Origin: Pseudomonadota bacterium
GTDB taxonomy: Bacteria > Pseudomonadota > Gammaproteobacteria > Burkholderiales > Burkholderiaceae_B
Assembly: GCA_023439305.1 (NCBI GenBank)
Contig: JAEXOO010000042.1
Location: forward strand, 43,321 to 107,320
DNA: 64,000 bases
Direction: 5' to 3'
Positions 19,578-28,653 of this stretch are shown one piece after another. Below the pieces are notes generated by a model that saw only the letters and a program-made list of their open reading frames with translations, searched no databases and was not told where the DNA came from. The stretch's first letter is position 1; every line of letters begins with the position of its first letter. The position numbers were made by a program, and so were the translations under genes.

Positions 19578-19723
19578 GATAAATACACGACAGCCCGCAT
19601 GAACCAAGAAGTTGTGGCGTTAACGCATCATTTCCTAGCGCAAATAAGGCCACAGGTATCTAGTCGTTATCCCTAAGCCTCCAAATCATTACCAGCAAGC
19701 CTCTCCGTCCCGCACAGAATCAA

Positions 19724-19750
19724 TAAAAAAAACCGCCCTCAGGCGGTTTT
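19724..19750 (-). terminator. Intrinsic (bidirectional-looking) terminator after coq7
   Basis: AACCGCC-CTCA-GGCGGTT hairpin flanked by A9 on the left (a U-run on the minus strand) and T4 on the right. Confidence 0.8.
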
Positions 19751-19775
19751 CCTATTAAAGACCGCCAGCACAAGC

Positions 19776-20444
19776 CTACAGACGATAAGCGGTGGTAGTC
19801 ATGACCTTGGACATGAAACGCATTGCGGTCTTGATAGGCGGTGGCAGTCCTGCCGCACCATTATGTTCGGCCGTACGACGGTGTTCGATTTCGTCATCGC
19901 GCATTTGCTCGACAATGCGACGGGAACGCGCATCCGACTCGGGCAGGGACTGCAGGTGGCTTTCCAAATGCTCTTCGACCTGACGTTCGGTCTCGGCCAT
20001 GAAGCCCATGTTGTAGGGAACGCCCGCTCGGCTGGCCAGCAGACCCAGGGCGAATGAGCCGGCATACCACAAGGGATTGAACACGCTTGGTCGGCTGTCC
20101 AGCTCGCGCAGGCGGTCGTCGCACCAGGCCAGGTGGTCGACCTCTTCCTGGGCGGCATGCAGCAGTACCTTGGTCGCCGTGGGATCTTTGCACAGCATGG
20201 CCTGGCTGCGATATAGGGCTTGGGCGCAGATCTCGCCCACATGGTTCACGCGCATCAGACCGGCGGCATGGCGTGATTCTTGCGGCGTAATGTCGGACAC
20301 TTCCTTGCCGGCCGGATTGGGGCGCGACGCGCGAGCCGAGCGGCCCAGCACATCCAGCGCACGGTTGGTTTCGGTCAGGAATTGGTCAAACAGGCTGTTG
20401 CGCCGATGCAGGCGGGCGCTGCCGGCAGGAAGGGAACGGTTCAT
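19776..20444 (-). CDS. coq7: Demethoxyubiquinone hydroxylase (di-iron Coq7)
   Basis: 222 aa from ATG 20444 (MNRSLPAG...). Di-iron carboxylate motifs are NHVGEICAQALY, EEVDHLAW, ETERQVEEHL and DDEIEHRR. The track ORF extends further upstream, which is implausible. Confidence 0.85.
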   Translation of the reverse strand: MNRSLPAGSARLHRRNSLFDQFLTETNRALDVLGRSARASRPNPAGKEVSDITPQESRHAAGLMRVNHVGEICAQALYRSQAMLCKDPTATKVLLHAAQEEVDHLAWCDDRLRELDSRPSVFNPLWYAGSFALGLLASRAGVPYNMGFMAETERQVEEHLESHLQSLPESDARSRRIVEQMRDDEIEHRRTAEHNGAAGLPPPIKTAMRFMSKVMTTTAYRL

Positions 20445-20476
20445 GGGACCTACCTGTAAAACAGAATCAATCGCTA

Positions 20477-21115
20477 TTATTGCCGCAAAAAGGCCATCAC
20501 GGCCTTGATCTCGGCCAAGAGCCAGAACAGAGGCAGCACGCAGGCCATCACCACCAGGCCTATGCCGGCGATTTCCTGGTCGGACTGCAAATAGAAGTTG
20601 CACAGGCGAGCAGGGTTCTCGACGTACAACAGGCCGACAATGGCCATCATCCAGCAAAAATTGCCCAAGAAGAACAGGCGGAACACCAGATGTGCGCGCC
20701 GCCAGGACTCCATGAACAGCATGCCCATCAAGACCAAGCCCACATATTTGCCCAAGGCCAAGGGCGTGGACACCAGCACATCGTCCAGCGCCTTGGGTAC
20801 CATCCAGTAAGCAGCGGCGAAACTGACGAGGATCAGGCCAGGCAGACCGTATTCGTTCAGGGCGTAATAAGGACGCAGCAAGGCCTGCATGACAGGGCCG
20901 CGTCCAGCTCCTTGAAAGCTCAGGGCCAACTGCAAAACGATGCCCGACAAGACCAGCAAGGGAATGTGCACCAGCATGTGCAGACTCATCAGGGCCGTCA
21001 ATGGGCGGTCCCAGTAGGCGGCGATCGCAAACAGCAGCGCAGCCAGCAGCGCCAGGAGACTACCCAGATAGGGCCGCAGACGACGGGGCGCGGGGGAGAC
21101 TCGCAACTGGATCAT
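20477..21115 (-). CDS. Polytopic membrane protein, possibly a CtaG(caa3)-like oxidase assembly factor
   Basis: 212 aa with about 6 TM segments. The SLHMLVHIPLLVLSG motif resembles the HMxxH motif of Bacillus-type CtaG proteins. Overlaps the SCO gene by 4 nt. The functional call is tentative. Confidence 0.5.
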   Translation of the reverse strand: MIQLRVSPAPRRLRPYLGSLLALLAALLFAIAAYWDRPLTALMSLHMLVHIPLLVLSGIVLQLALSFQGAGRGPVMQALLRPYYALNEYGLPGLILVSFAAAYWMVPKALDDVLVSTPLALGKYVGLVLMGMLFMESWRRAHLVFRLFFLGNFCWMMAIVGLLYVENPARLCNFYLQSDQEIAGIGLVVMACVLPLFWLLAEIKAVMAFLRQ

Positions 21116-21744
21116 TGCTTCGCCTCGGTTTGAAGCTCCAAGGCCTGGCGCGCATAGGCCAGGGCCAGGAGAGGCTCGCCATAATCCACAATGCGGCCCA
21201 GGCGGGGCTCAGAGGTGACGACATGATAGGCGGCATTGTGCTCGTATTCGTCGAACGGCGCAGGAATCACAATAATGCCGAAATCGTCCAGAACCCGTTG
21301 TCGCTCTTCTCCGGGAGCCATCGTGACAAATTCCCAGACGGCAGGATCGGCTTTCATGGAATGACCGTATCGTTGCAGGCGATCGGCCGAATCCGAGGGG
21401 TCGAAACTGATGCTGAGCAGTCGCACTTTATCTTGCAAACCCTGGTCCAGAATCGCTTGCTGCAGCTGCTGATACTCTCCGCCCATGGCCAGGCACAGGG
21501 TGACGCAGCGAGTATAGATGAAGTTTACGATAGCGACTCGCCCATCCTGGTGCAGGACATCGTGCAGGCTGCGAGTGCGATTGGAGGGCGTAATGACCGA
21601 CACATCGGAAATGAGTCGGGGCGAGGCGGCCACGTCATTGCGACGGGCCGTCTCGGCGGTCAGTGCAGAGAAGCCCTGCGTCAAGTGCGCCAGCGCCCCG
21701 ATACCCAGGAGACACACCAGCACAATACTTGCCAGGAGCTTCAT
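21112..21744 (-). CDS. SCO1/SenC-family thioredoxin-fold copper chaperone
   Basis: 210 aa. N-terminal anchor, NFIYTRCVTLC (CxxxC), and a downstream His (EYEHNAAYHVV), in an oxidase context. Confidence 0.75.
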   Translation of the reverse strand: MKLLASIVLVCLLGIGALAHLTQGFSALTAETARRNDVAASPRLISDVSVITPSNRTRSLHDVLHQDGRVAIVNFIYTRCVTLCLAMGGEYQQLQQAILDQGLQDKVRLLSISFDPSDSADRLQRYGHSMKADPAVWEFVTMAPGEERQRVLDDFGIIVIPAPFDEYEHNAAYHVVTSEPRLGRIVDYGEPLLALAYARQALELQTEAKQ

Positions 21745-21765
21745 GCCTGACCTCTCAGTACAACT

Positions 21766-22365
21766 TTACTGTTCCATGGGAGCCAGGTCGGCGTCGCCAT
21801 TCCAGTGATCGGTCTTTTCAGCGGTTTTTTCACGTTCAGCTTTGACAAAGGCCTCATCCACAGGATCGGCGCTGTTGTCACCCAATTCAGTACGCAGGTA
21901 GTTTACGACAGCCGTCATTTCCGCGTCATTGAACTTCTCGCGGAACTCGGGCATGGCGCCATTGTACTTGTTGCCCTTGACCGTGAGCTCACCCGTGATG
22001 CCGTGCAGCAGAATCTGGACCAGCACTTCAGGCTTGCGCAGCACCCACTCGGAACCGACCAGAGGAGGGAATACGCCTGGAATACCGGCACCCGTAGCCT
22101 GGTGACAGGCGGCGCACTGAGCGACGAACAACTGGTGGCCGTCGATCTTGCCACCCTCTGCGCCTTCAGGGGCCTTGAAGTCGGCCGCAATGCGGTTGTC
22201 GCCCACAGTGGCGTCGTGGCTCAGGTCGCTGCTGAATATATAGTAGATGCCCCACAGGAACAGGCCTGCAATGATCAGCAGAACCACCCAGGGCACCGGC
22301 GCCGCATTCTCTTCCGGATCGGCATTCTCGCGCAGTTGCGCGTCGTACTTGTGTTTGTCAGTCAT
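21766..22365 (-). CDS. Membrane-anchored monoheme c-type cytochrome
   Basis: 199 aa. One TM segment (VPWVVLLIIAGLFLWGIYYIF), a single CAACH heme motif, and distal-ligand context NGAMPEF. Confidence 0.8.
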   Translation of the reverse strand: MTDKHKYDAQLRENADPEENAAPVPWVVLLIIAGLFLWGIYYIFSSDLSHDATVGDNRIAADFKAPEGAEGGKIDGHQLFVAQCAACHQATGAGIPGVFPPLVGSEWVLRKPEVLVQILLHGITGELTVKGNKYNGAMPEFREKFNDAEMTAVVNYLRTELGDNSADPVDEAFVKAEREKTAEKTDHWNGDADLAPMEQ

Positions 22366-22420
22366 TCTAATTCTCCGATGCGCCCCGTCTGCCGGGGCGC
22401 ATTAGCTCGACAGTGCCTGA

Positions 22421-23011
22421 TTATTTGAGAACGCTGGCTGGCGATACGGGATACGTACGGTCCAGCGCCAACAGGTATTGCACCAGGTCCAGGGCCTCTG
22501 GCTTGGCCACGACCACCTTGCCTTCCGGAGCAAAGGCGCCGGGCAGGTTGACGACCTTATCGCCGGCCTCGGCCTTGTCCTTGAGTTCGAACATGAAGGG
22601 GTAGGCGGGCATGTTGCTGCCGGGCGTATAGGCGCGCGGCTGGTACAAGTGGCCCAGGTGCCAGTCCACGCTGGGCTGACGGGCGCCGATGTTCATCAGG
22701 TCCGGACCTGTGCGCATCGTGCCCAACAGGTGGGGCGTGTCGTAGTAGTAGTCGCCGGCCACAGAGGCGCGACCCCAGCCACGCTGGAAGTCAGGCGCCT
22801 GGTTCTGGCTGCGCGGCTGCTGCGAGTGACAGTACACACAGCCCATGTTGATGTACTGCTGACGGCCACGCAGCTCAACGCTGGTGTAAGGCTTCAGGCC
22901 TTCGGAAGGCTGCACCTTTTCGACTTGCAGATAAGGGATGACGACCAGAGCCGAGGTGGCCAGGGCGAGCGTCACCATGGCGCCGCCCAACAGTTTGTAT
23001 TCGCTTTCCAT
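22421..23011 (-). CDS. ccoO: cbb3-type cytochrome c oxidase subunit II (CcoO/FixO-like)
   Basis: 196 aa. N-terminal TM segment, MGCVYCHSQQPRS heme motif, and GPDLMNIGAR. Confidence 0.85.
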   Translation of the reverse strand: MESEYKLLGGAMVTLALATSALVVIPYLQVEKVQPSEGLKPYTSVELRGRQQYINMGCVYCHSQQPRSQNQAPDFQRGWGRASVAGDYYYDTPHLLGTMRTGPDLMNIGARQPSVDWHLGHLYQPRAYTPGSNMPAYPFMFELKDKAEAGDKVVNLPGAFAPEGKVVVAKPEALDLVQYLLALDRTYPVSPASVLK

Positions 23012-23018
23012 GACTAAA

Positions 23019-24674
23019 TCAGGCCTCCACTACATTGCGAGTTGCCGAGCGCTGGTGAAACAGGGCTGGACCAATACGACGGCTGCCATAGCGCAGAGCC
23101 ATTGCCACAAAGTGGAAGGCAAACACAAGGTGGCCCAGGGTCATCAGACCGCCACCCAGAGAACGCGATTTCAGGTAAGGCATCGTGACAAAAACGGATT
23201 CCATGAAGGGCTTGGCGGCATCCAGCATGGCCAGGCCTTGCAGCCAGCCGCCGATGCTCAGGCCCACGGCGTAGATGCCGAAGCCGACCACCACCAGCCA
23301 GAAGTGCAGGGAGATCAATTTGGGGTAAGGCCATTCCCAGGACATGACGCGAGGCATCACGTAGTAGATCGCGCCGAACATCACCACGGTGAAGAAGCCG
23401 TACAGACCGATGTGGGCGTGGGCGACCGTGAAGTGGGTGAAGTGGGTGATCGTGTTGATGCTGCGCAGGGCCTCAAAGGAACCCTGGATGGAACTGACGG
23501 TGTACATCATGCCGCCCAGCACGATGAAGCGCAGCGTGGGCGAGTGGATCAGGGTGCGGAAGTGACCCTTCATGGTGTAGTGCTGGTTGATGGAGAAGGC
23601 CAGCACGGGAATGATCATCATCATGCTTTGCACGATGGACAGAGTGACCATCCACTGGGGCACAGGACCGCCGACCAGGTGGTGACCGCCGACCTGGCCG
23701 TAGAAGAACGCCAGACCCCAGAAACCCACCAGAGACAGGTTGTAGGAGGCAATTGGACGACCGATGATCTTGGGCAGGAAGTAGTACACCGAGGCCAGCG
23801 CCATGGGCGTGTAGAACAGGCCCAGCACGTTGTGGCCGAACCACCAGTTCATGGTGGCTTGCTCGACGCCTACGTGCACGGCGGGCAGGTTGCCGACCAG
23901 GAACAGGATGGGGAACCAGAACAACGCAGCGCCCATATACCAGACGGACACGTACAGGTGGTGCGTGCGGCGGTTCTGCAGGGTGAACACCAGGGGCAGA
24001 GCAGCCATAGCGCCGCCGATCACCATCAGGATGTCGACCTGCCAAGGCATTTCCAGCCATTCCATGCCATCGGTGATGCCCACGGCGATGCTGCCCAGGC
24101 CGGCGATCAGGCCGGCATTCCACAAGGCGCCGCCCAGGATGGCGAAACGAGCGCCGATCAGAGGCGTCTTGAACAGGCGAGGCAACATCCACATGGCGAC
24201 GCCGAAGGCCGCCATGGGCGCCCAGCCGTAGGCCACAGCGTTCAGGTGCAGCGTGCGCATGCGGCCAAAGGTCATCCAGGCCTGCTGAACCAGGAAATCG
24301 GGCTCGTGCAGCTTGATCGAGCTGATCAGACCCGCCGTGGAGGCGACGATCAGCCAGACGACGGCACAGGACAGGAACATGAAGGTGACGTAGGCGGAGG
24401 AGCGGTCCGCTTCCACGCGTTCAGCCAGTTCCACGCTGAGCGTCTGACGATCTTCGGCCGAAATGGCCGTCTGGCCCATTTCCTTTTGCAGCGCCAGGCG
24501 CTGTTCAGGGGTGGCGGAGGGATCGTCCACTTGGCCGATTTCGCCCTTGGAGAAGATCTCCTTGGCGGCGGCCGGGCTGTCGTCGAAGAAATTGCGGCGT
24601 AACGACCAGATGAAGACAAAGAGTCCTGTTACGGACAATATGAAAGCTAGAAGCAGTATTGAAACGGTATTCAC
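23019..24674 (-). CDS. ccoN: cbb3-type cytochrome c oxidase subunit I (CcoN) with an N-terminal CcoS/FixS-like domain
   Basis: 551 aa with a GTG start. Residues 1-33, (M)NTVSILLLAFILSVTGLFVFIWSLRRNFFDD, match the CcoS/FixS pattern (TM + FxW..R...(F/Y)DD). A roughly 60-aa hydrophilic linker follows, then the CcoN core (LISSIKLHEPDF, WWFGHNVLG, HFTVAHAHIGLYGF). Confidence 0.85.
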   Translation of the reverse strand: MNTVSILLLAFILSVTGLFVFIWSLRRNFFDDSPAAAKEIFSKGEIGQVDDPSATPEQRLALQKEMGQTAISAEDRQTLSVELAERVEADRSSAYVTFMFLSCAVVWLIVASTAGLISSIKLHEPDFLVQQAWMTFGRMRTLHLNAVAYGWAPMAAFGVAMWMLPRLFKTPLIGARFAILGGALWNAGLIAGLGSIAVGITDGMEWLEMPWQVDILMVIGGAMAALPLVFTLQNRRTHHLYVSVWYMGAALFWFPILFLVGNLPAVHVGVEQATMNWWFGHNVLGLFYTPMALASVYYFLPKIIGRPIASYNLSLVGFWGLAFFYGQVGGHHLVGGPVPQWMVTLSIVQSMMMIIPVLAFSINQHYTMKGHFRTLIHSPTLRFIVLGGMMYTVSSIQGSFEALRSINTITHFTHFTVAHAHIGLYGFFTVVMFGAIYYVMPRVMSWEWPYPKLISLHFWLVVVGFGIYAVGLSIGGWLQGLAMLDAAKPFMESVFVTMPYLKSRSLGGGLMTLGHLVFAFHFVAMALRYGSRRIGPALFHQRSATRNVVEA

Positions 24675-25236
24675 AATGATCCAGGCCTGGTTAATGTGAA
24701 GCTGCCAAGCAGCTCAGCGGCACTTGACGCGTCGCAGATCAAAAGAGAGTGGACGCAAAAAATCTGCGACTGCCTAGGTCGCGAGAGCCGCCATGTTAAA
24801 ACACCCGTCTGTTACGTCTTGACAAAGCCCCCATAATAAGAAGGGTTTATTGAGACAAAACAAATACGGGCACGACTTTTTTTGGTATATGGGCAGCGGC
24901 CATTATAGGCGAGGGTAAACCCGTGTGACATGGCTGTTTCAATTTCACCCGTACCAGCGAGTCAGTTTATCCTAGGACAAAAAAGAAAACCACTCGGAAC
25001 TTGAGGCTTTGTCTGATCGGCTGTCTGTGTCCGGCATAGCAAATCCGATATGACGTCGTCACATTTTCGTCACATCCATATAAGCTGATAGCCCCTATAA
25101 ACAAGTGAAATAGGTTTGCGCCCGACCCATCCTGTCAGCCCGGCGCATTCCCGTGGGCCAGTCAAAAACGTACAATCAAGGCCAAGACACTCTGCGGGGC
25201 GTGCCACGCGCCCCGGTTCGAATCAAGGACAGCACT

Positions 25237-25659
25237 ATGGAATGCACAATCGATTGGGGCGGCGCCGACGGCATGCTCTTTATTGCCCGCACGGGCAGCG
25301 GCCACGTCACCGCCATGGACGGCGCCCCTGAAGGCGGCGGCAACAACCTGGCTCCCCGCCCCATGGAAATGCTGCTCACCGGCGCCGGCGGCTGCGCGGC
25401 CTACGACGTGGTGCTGATCCTGAAACGTGGCCGCCACGCCATTACCGGCTGCCAGGTCAAACTGTCGGCAGAACGGGCCGAGACCGACCCTAAAGTCTTC
25501 ACCCGCATCCATTTCACCTTCGTGGTGACCGGCAAGGACCTGCCGCAAGCGGCTGTGGAACGTGCCGTGCAGTTGTCCCACGACAAATACTGCTCAGCCT
25601 CCGCCATGTTGGGCAAGACGGCTGAAATCACCTATTCCATCGACCTGCAGCAAGCCTGA
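25237..25659 (+). CDS. OsmC/Ohr-family peroxiredoxin-like protein
   Basis: 140 aa from ATG 25237 (AAGGA RBS). Conserved Cys pair in the GGCAAYD and KYCSAS contexts. Confidence 0.85.
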   Translation: MECTIDWGGADGMLFIARTGSGHVTAMDGAPEGGGNNLAPRPMEMLLTGAGGCAAYDVVLILKRGRHAITGCQVKLSAERAETDPKVFTRIHFTFVVTGKDLPQAAVERAVQLSHDKYCSASAMLGKTAEITYSIDLQQA

Positions 25660-25666
25660 GACCGCC

Positions 25667-26467
25667 ATGTCCGCACATCCCTACGAAGACCTGCTGCGCC
25701 TGGTCTACACCCAAGGCACCCCCAAGACCGACCGCACCGGCACCGGCACACGCTCGGTGTTCGGCCACCAGATGCGCTTCGATCTGTCGCAGGGCTTTCC
25801 CTTGATCACCACCAAGAAACTGCACACTCGCAGCATCTTCATTGAACTGCTGTGGTTCCTGCGCGGGGAATCCAATGTGCGCTGGCTGCAAGAGCGTGGC
25901 GTGAGCATCTGGGATGAATGGGCGGACGAACAGGGCAACCTGGGCCCGGTCTATGGCGTGCAATGGCGCTCCTGGCCCACGCCTGACGGCGGCCATATCG
26001 ATCAGATCAGCCAGATTGTGGATCAGATACGCCGTAACCCCGACTCGCGCCGCCTGATCGTGTCGGCCTGGAACGTGGCCGATGTCGGTCAGATGGCTCT
26101 GCCGCCCTGCCACGCCCTGTTCCAGTTCTACGTGGCCGACGGCAAGCTGTCCTGCCAGCTTTACCAGCGTAGCGCCGACATCTTCCTGGGCGTGCCCTTC
26201 AACATCGCCAGCTACGCGCTGCTGACGCACATGGTGGCCCAGCAATGCGACCTGGAGGTGGGCGATTTCATCTGGACCGGCGGCGACTGCCACTTGTATT
26301 CCAACCACTTCGAGCAGGCCGAACTACAGTTGTCGCGCGAGCCACGCCCCTACCCCACGCTGTCCATCAAGCGCAAGCCCGACAGCCTGTTCGACTACGA
26401 ATTCGACGACTTCGAAATCCAGAACTACGACCCTCACCCCCATATCAAGGCCCCCGTCGCCGTATGA
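25667..26467 (+). CDS. thyA: Thymidylate synthase
   Basis: 266 aa. Motifs [19 protein letters not shown] and [19 protein letters not shown] are present. Confidence 0.95.
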   Translation: MSAHPYEDLLRLVYTQGTPKTDRTGTGTRSVFGHQMRFDLSQGFPLITTKKLHTRSIFIELLWFLRGESNVRWLQERGVSIWDEWADEQGNLGPVYGVQWRSWPTPDGGHIDQISQIVDQIRRNPDSRRLIVSAWNVADVGQMALPPCHALFQFYVADGKLSCQLYQRSADIFLGVPFNIASYALLTHMVAQQCDLEVGDFIWTGGDCHLYSNHFEQAELQLSREPRPYPTLSIKRKPDSLFDYEFDDFEIQNYDPHPHIKAPVAV

Positions 26468-26958
26468 CACCGCACCCCGCCATCCGCCTGGTCGTCGCTT
26501 ACGCGGCCAACCGCTGCATCGGCAAGGACAACGCCCTGCCCTGGCGCCTTCCTTCCGATCTGCAACACTTCAAGCGCGTCACCATGGGCCTGCCCATCAT
26601 CATGGGCCGCAAGACCTGGGAATCGCTGGGCCGCCCGCTGCCAGGCCGCCCCAACCTGGTCATCAGCCGCAACGCCGCCTACGACGCGCCCGGCGCGCAG
26701 GTCTACACTGACCTTGACAGCGCGCTGGCCGCCTGCGCCGATTACGCCACCGTCTGCATCATCGGTGGCGAACAATTGTTCCGCCTGGCGTTGCCCGCGG
26801 CCGACGAACTGATCGCCACCGAGATCCATGCCAATGTGGACGGCGACACCTTTTTTCCTGAGCTGCCCGCCGCAAACTGGACCCAGACCGAACGTCTGCC
26901 CCAGCCTGCCGAAAACGGCCTGGAATTCGACTTCGTCACCTATCGGCGCGTTCCATAA
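26464..26958 (+). CDS. folA: Dihydrofolate reductase
   Basis: 164 aa. Motifs [24 protein letters not shown] and [11 protein letters not shown] are present. ATGA overlap with thyA. Confidence 0.9.
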   Translation: MTPHPAIRLVVAYAANRCIGKDNALPWRLPSDLQHFKRVTMGLPIIMGRKTWESLGRPLPGRPNLVISRNAAYDAPGAQVYTDLDSALAACADYATVCIIGGEQLFRLALPAADELIATEIHANVDGDTFFPELPAANWTQTERLPQPAENGLEFDFVTYRRVP

Positions 26959-27114
26959 ACTGGCTCCGCCCGCCCGGCCGGCACCTGCCGGCGATTGACT
27001 AGGGTTTGTGCCCAGCGGCGGGCGCTTTCCAGCCGCATCCAGAAACGACACAATACAGACTGCTTGCTCAGCCAAGCGTCAGGTTTCGTGTGTCTTTCTT
27101 TTCTGGAATGCGTC

Positions 27115-28440
27115 ATGATCCGTCCCCCCGCCAGCCCCGACCTGTCCTCGCTCTGGATGCCCTTCACGGCCAACCGGCAGTTCAAACAGAACCCCAAGCT
27201 TCTGGCCCGCGCCAAAGGCATGTATTACTACACCACGGACGGGCGTCCCGTCCTGGACGGCACAGCGGGGCTATGGTGTGTCAATGCCGGACACGGTCGC
27301 GCGCACATCATCGAGGCGCTGACGCGCCAGACCATGAATCTGGACTATGCGCCCAGCTTCCAGCTAGGACATGAAGACGCCTTTCATGCCGCTCAAGCGG
27401 TCGCCCGCTTGATGCCCGACGGCCTGGACCGCATTTTCTTCACGAACTCCGGCTCTGAATCCGTCGATACCGCCCTGAAGATTGCGCTAGCCTACCATCG
27501 TGCCCGTGGACAAGGGCAACGTACCCGTTTCATCGGTCGCGAGCGCAGCTATCACGGCGTCGGCCTGGGCGGAATTTCCGTCGGCGGCATCGCCGCCAAC
27601 CGCAAGGCCTTTTCGCCCATGTTGATCCCGGGCGTGGACCATCTGCCGCACACCCACAATCTGGAGCACAACGCGTTCAGTCAGGGCCAGCCGGCCTGGG
27701 GCGCGCACCTGGCCGATCACCTGGAGCACCTGATCGCCCTGCACGATGCCAGCAATATCGCCGCCGTGATCGTCGAGCCGCTGGCCGGCTCGACTGGCGT
27801 ACTGATTCCGCCGCAAGGCTACCTGGAGCGGCTGCGTCAGATCACCGCCAAGCACGGCATACTGCTGATCTTCGATGAGGTCATCACGGCGTTCGGACGC
27901 CTGGGGGACAACACCGCCAGCGAATACTTCCACGTTGTCCCCGATCTGATCACCCTGGCCAAGGGCATCAGCAATGCCGCCGTGCCCGCGGGCGCCGTCG
28001 CCGTGCGCCGCGACATCCACGACACCGTGGTCGAAGCCGCCAGCCAGGGCATCGAGTTCTTCCATGGCTATACGTTTTCCGCTCATCCGCTGGCCACGGC
28101 CGCCATCCTGGCCACACTTGAAATCTATCAGGACGAAGCCCTATTCCAGCGCGCCCGCCGGCTCAGTCCTTACTTCGAACAAGCAGCCCATTCCCTGCGC
28201 GGCAGCCCTCACATCATCGACATCCGCAACCTGGGACTGGTAGCCGGCATAGAGCTGGCCAGCCGCGTCGGATCGCCCGGCGCGCGCGCTGCCGAAGTCT
28301 TCGACGCCTGCTTCGAACAGGGCGTGCTGGTGCGCTACACCGGCGATACTATCGCCGTCTCCCCGCCCCTGATCGTGGATCACGAGCAGATCGATCATAT
28401 TTTCCACACGCTACGCAGCGTGTTGAAGAACGTGCGCTAG
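27115..28440 (+). CDS. Class III aminotransferase (omega-amino acid/beta-alanine:pyruvate type)
   Basis: 441 aa from ATG 27115. Motifs FTNSGSESVDTA, LIFDEVITAFGRLG and TLAKGISNAAVP (PLP lysine) are present. Confidence 0.85.
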   Translation: MIRPPASPDLSSLWMPFTANRQFKQNPKLLARAKGMYYYTTDGRPVLDGTAGLWCVNAGHGRAHIIEALTRQTMNLDYAPSFQLGHEDAFHAAQAVARLMPDGLDRIFFTNSGSESVDTALKIALAYHRARGQGQRTRFIGRERSYHGVGLGGISVGGIAANRKAFSPMLIPGVDHLPHTHNLEHNAFSQGQPAWGAHLADHLEHLIALHDASNIAAVIVEPLAGSTGVLIPPQGYLERLRQITAKHGILLIFDEVITAFGRLGDNTASEYFHVVPDLITLAKGISNAAVPAGAVAVRRDIHDTVVEAASQGIEFFHGYTFSAHPLATAAILATLEIYQDEALFQRARRLSPYFEQAAHSLRGSPHIIDIRNLGLVAGIELASRVGSPGARAAEVFDACFEQGVLVRYTGDTIAVSPPLIVDHEQIDHIFHTLRSVLKNVR

Positions 28441-28598
28441 ACCGGAAGAAGCAATAGCCTTTTCAGCCCCTGTCATACTGGGTTTTGAGCAGTTGGACGA
28501 CATCTTATGGCAAGCCGGGCCAATAAAAGACCTTTATGAGCCGTTCATAAAGATCGGTCATTATCGGCACATCTTATTGTCGGCACCTACCTGCGTTC

Positions 28599-28624
28599 AA
28601 AAAAATGCCTCCCGAAGGAGGCAT
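28599..28624 (-). terminator. Intrinsic terminator after gcvH
   Basis: Minus strand reads AUGCCUCC-UUCG-GGAGGCAU followed by a U-run (plus-strand A7 at 28599-28605). Confidence 0.75.
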
Positions 28625-28653
28625 TCGCTTACACCACTTTCAAGCCTGAACGC

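Noticed and set aside
19404-19653. Small ORFs (67 aa at 19404-19607, 60 aa at 19471-19653, and 101 aa at 19156-19461, all minus) overlapping the sRNA candidate.
   Set aside because: They use non-ATG or SD-less starts. One reads straight through the intrinsic terminator hairpin. Their composition is atypical for this genome's proteins.
19776-20657. ORF-track N-terminal extensions: coq7 293 aa, decarboxylase 799 aa (to 32738), rlmD 488 aa (to 44950), hyi 341 aa (from 13897), thyA from 25562, folA from 26245, aminotransferase from 26995, GntR to 52801.
   Set aside because: The extensions overlap upstream genes or terminators and lack family-like sequence. Internal ATGs with RBS-like sequences give lengths typical of each family.
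24850-24863. FNR/ANR-like box TTGAGACAAAACAA (8/10 to TTGAT-N4-ATCAA) upstream of ccoN. Also TTGAC-N9-ATCAA at 24724-24742.
   Set aside because: The spacing to the only plausible minus-strand -10 (TATTAT, 24838-24833) is about 21 bp centre to centre, not the roughly 32 bp of class II FNR promoters. The second site has the wrong half-site spacing. It is kept only as a weak possibility.
25215-25224. GGTTCGAATC, a tRNA T-loop-like string that could mark a tRNA gene or an integration-site remnant.
   Set aside because: The flanking bases cannot form a T-stem (CCCGG versus CAAGG). No acceptor, D or anticodon arms can be drawn. It lies in the osmC leader.
28532-28552. CTTTATGA-GCCGT-TCATAAAG hairpin after the aminotransferase, as a possible terminator or regulatory site.
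   Set aside because: It has an AT-rich 8-bp stem and no U-tract. It is too weak to call and is possibly just a spacer palindrome.
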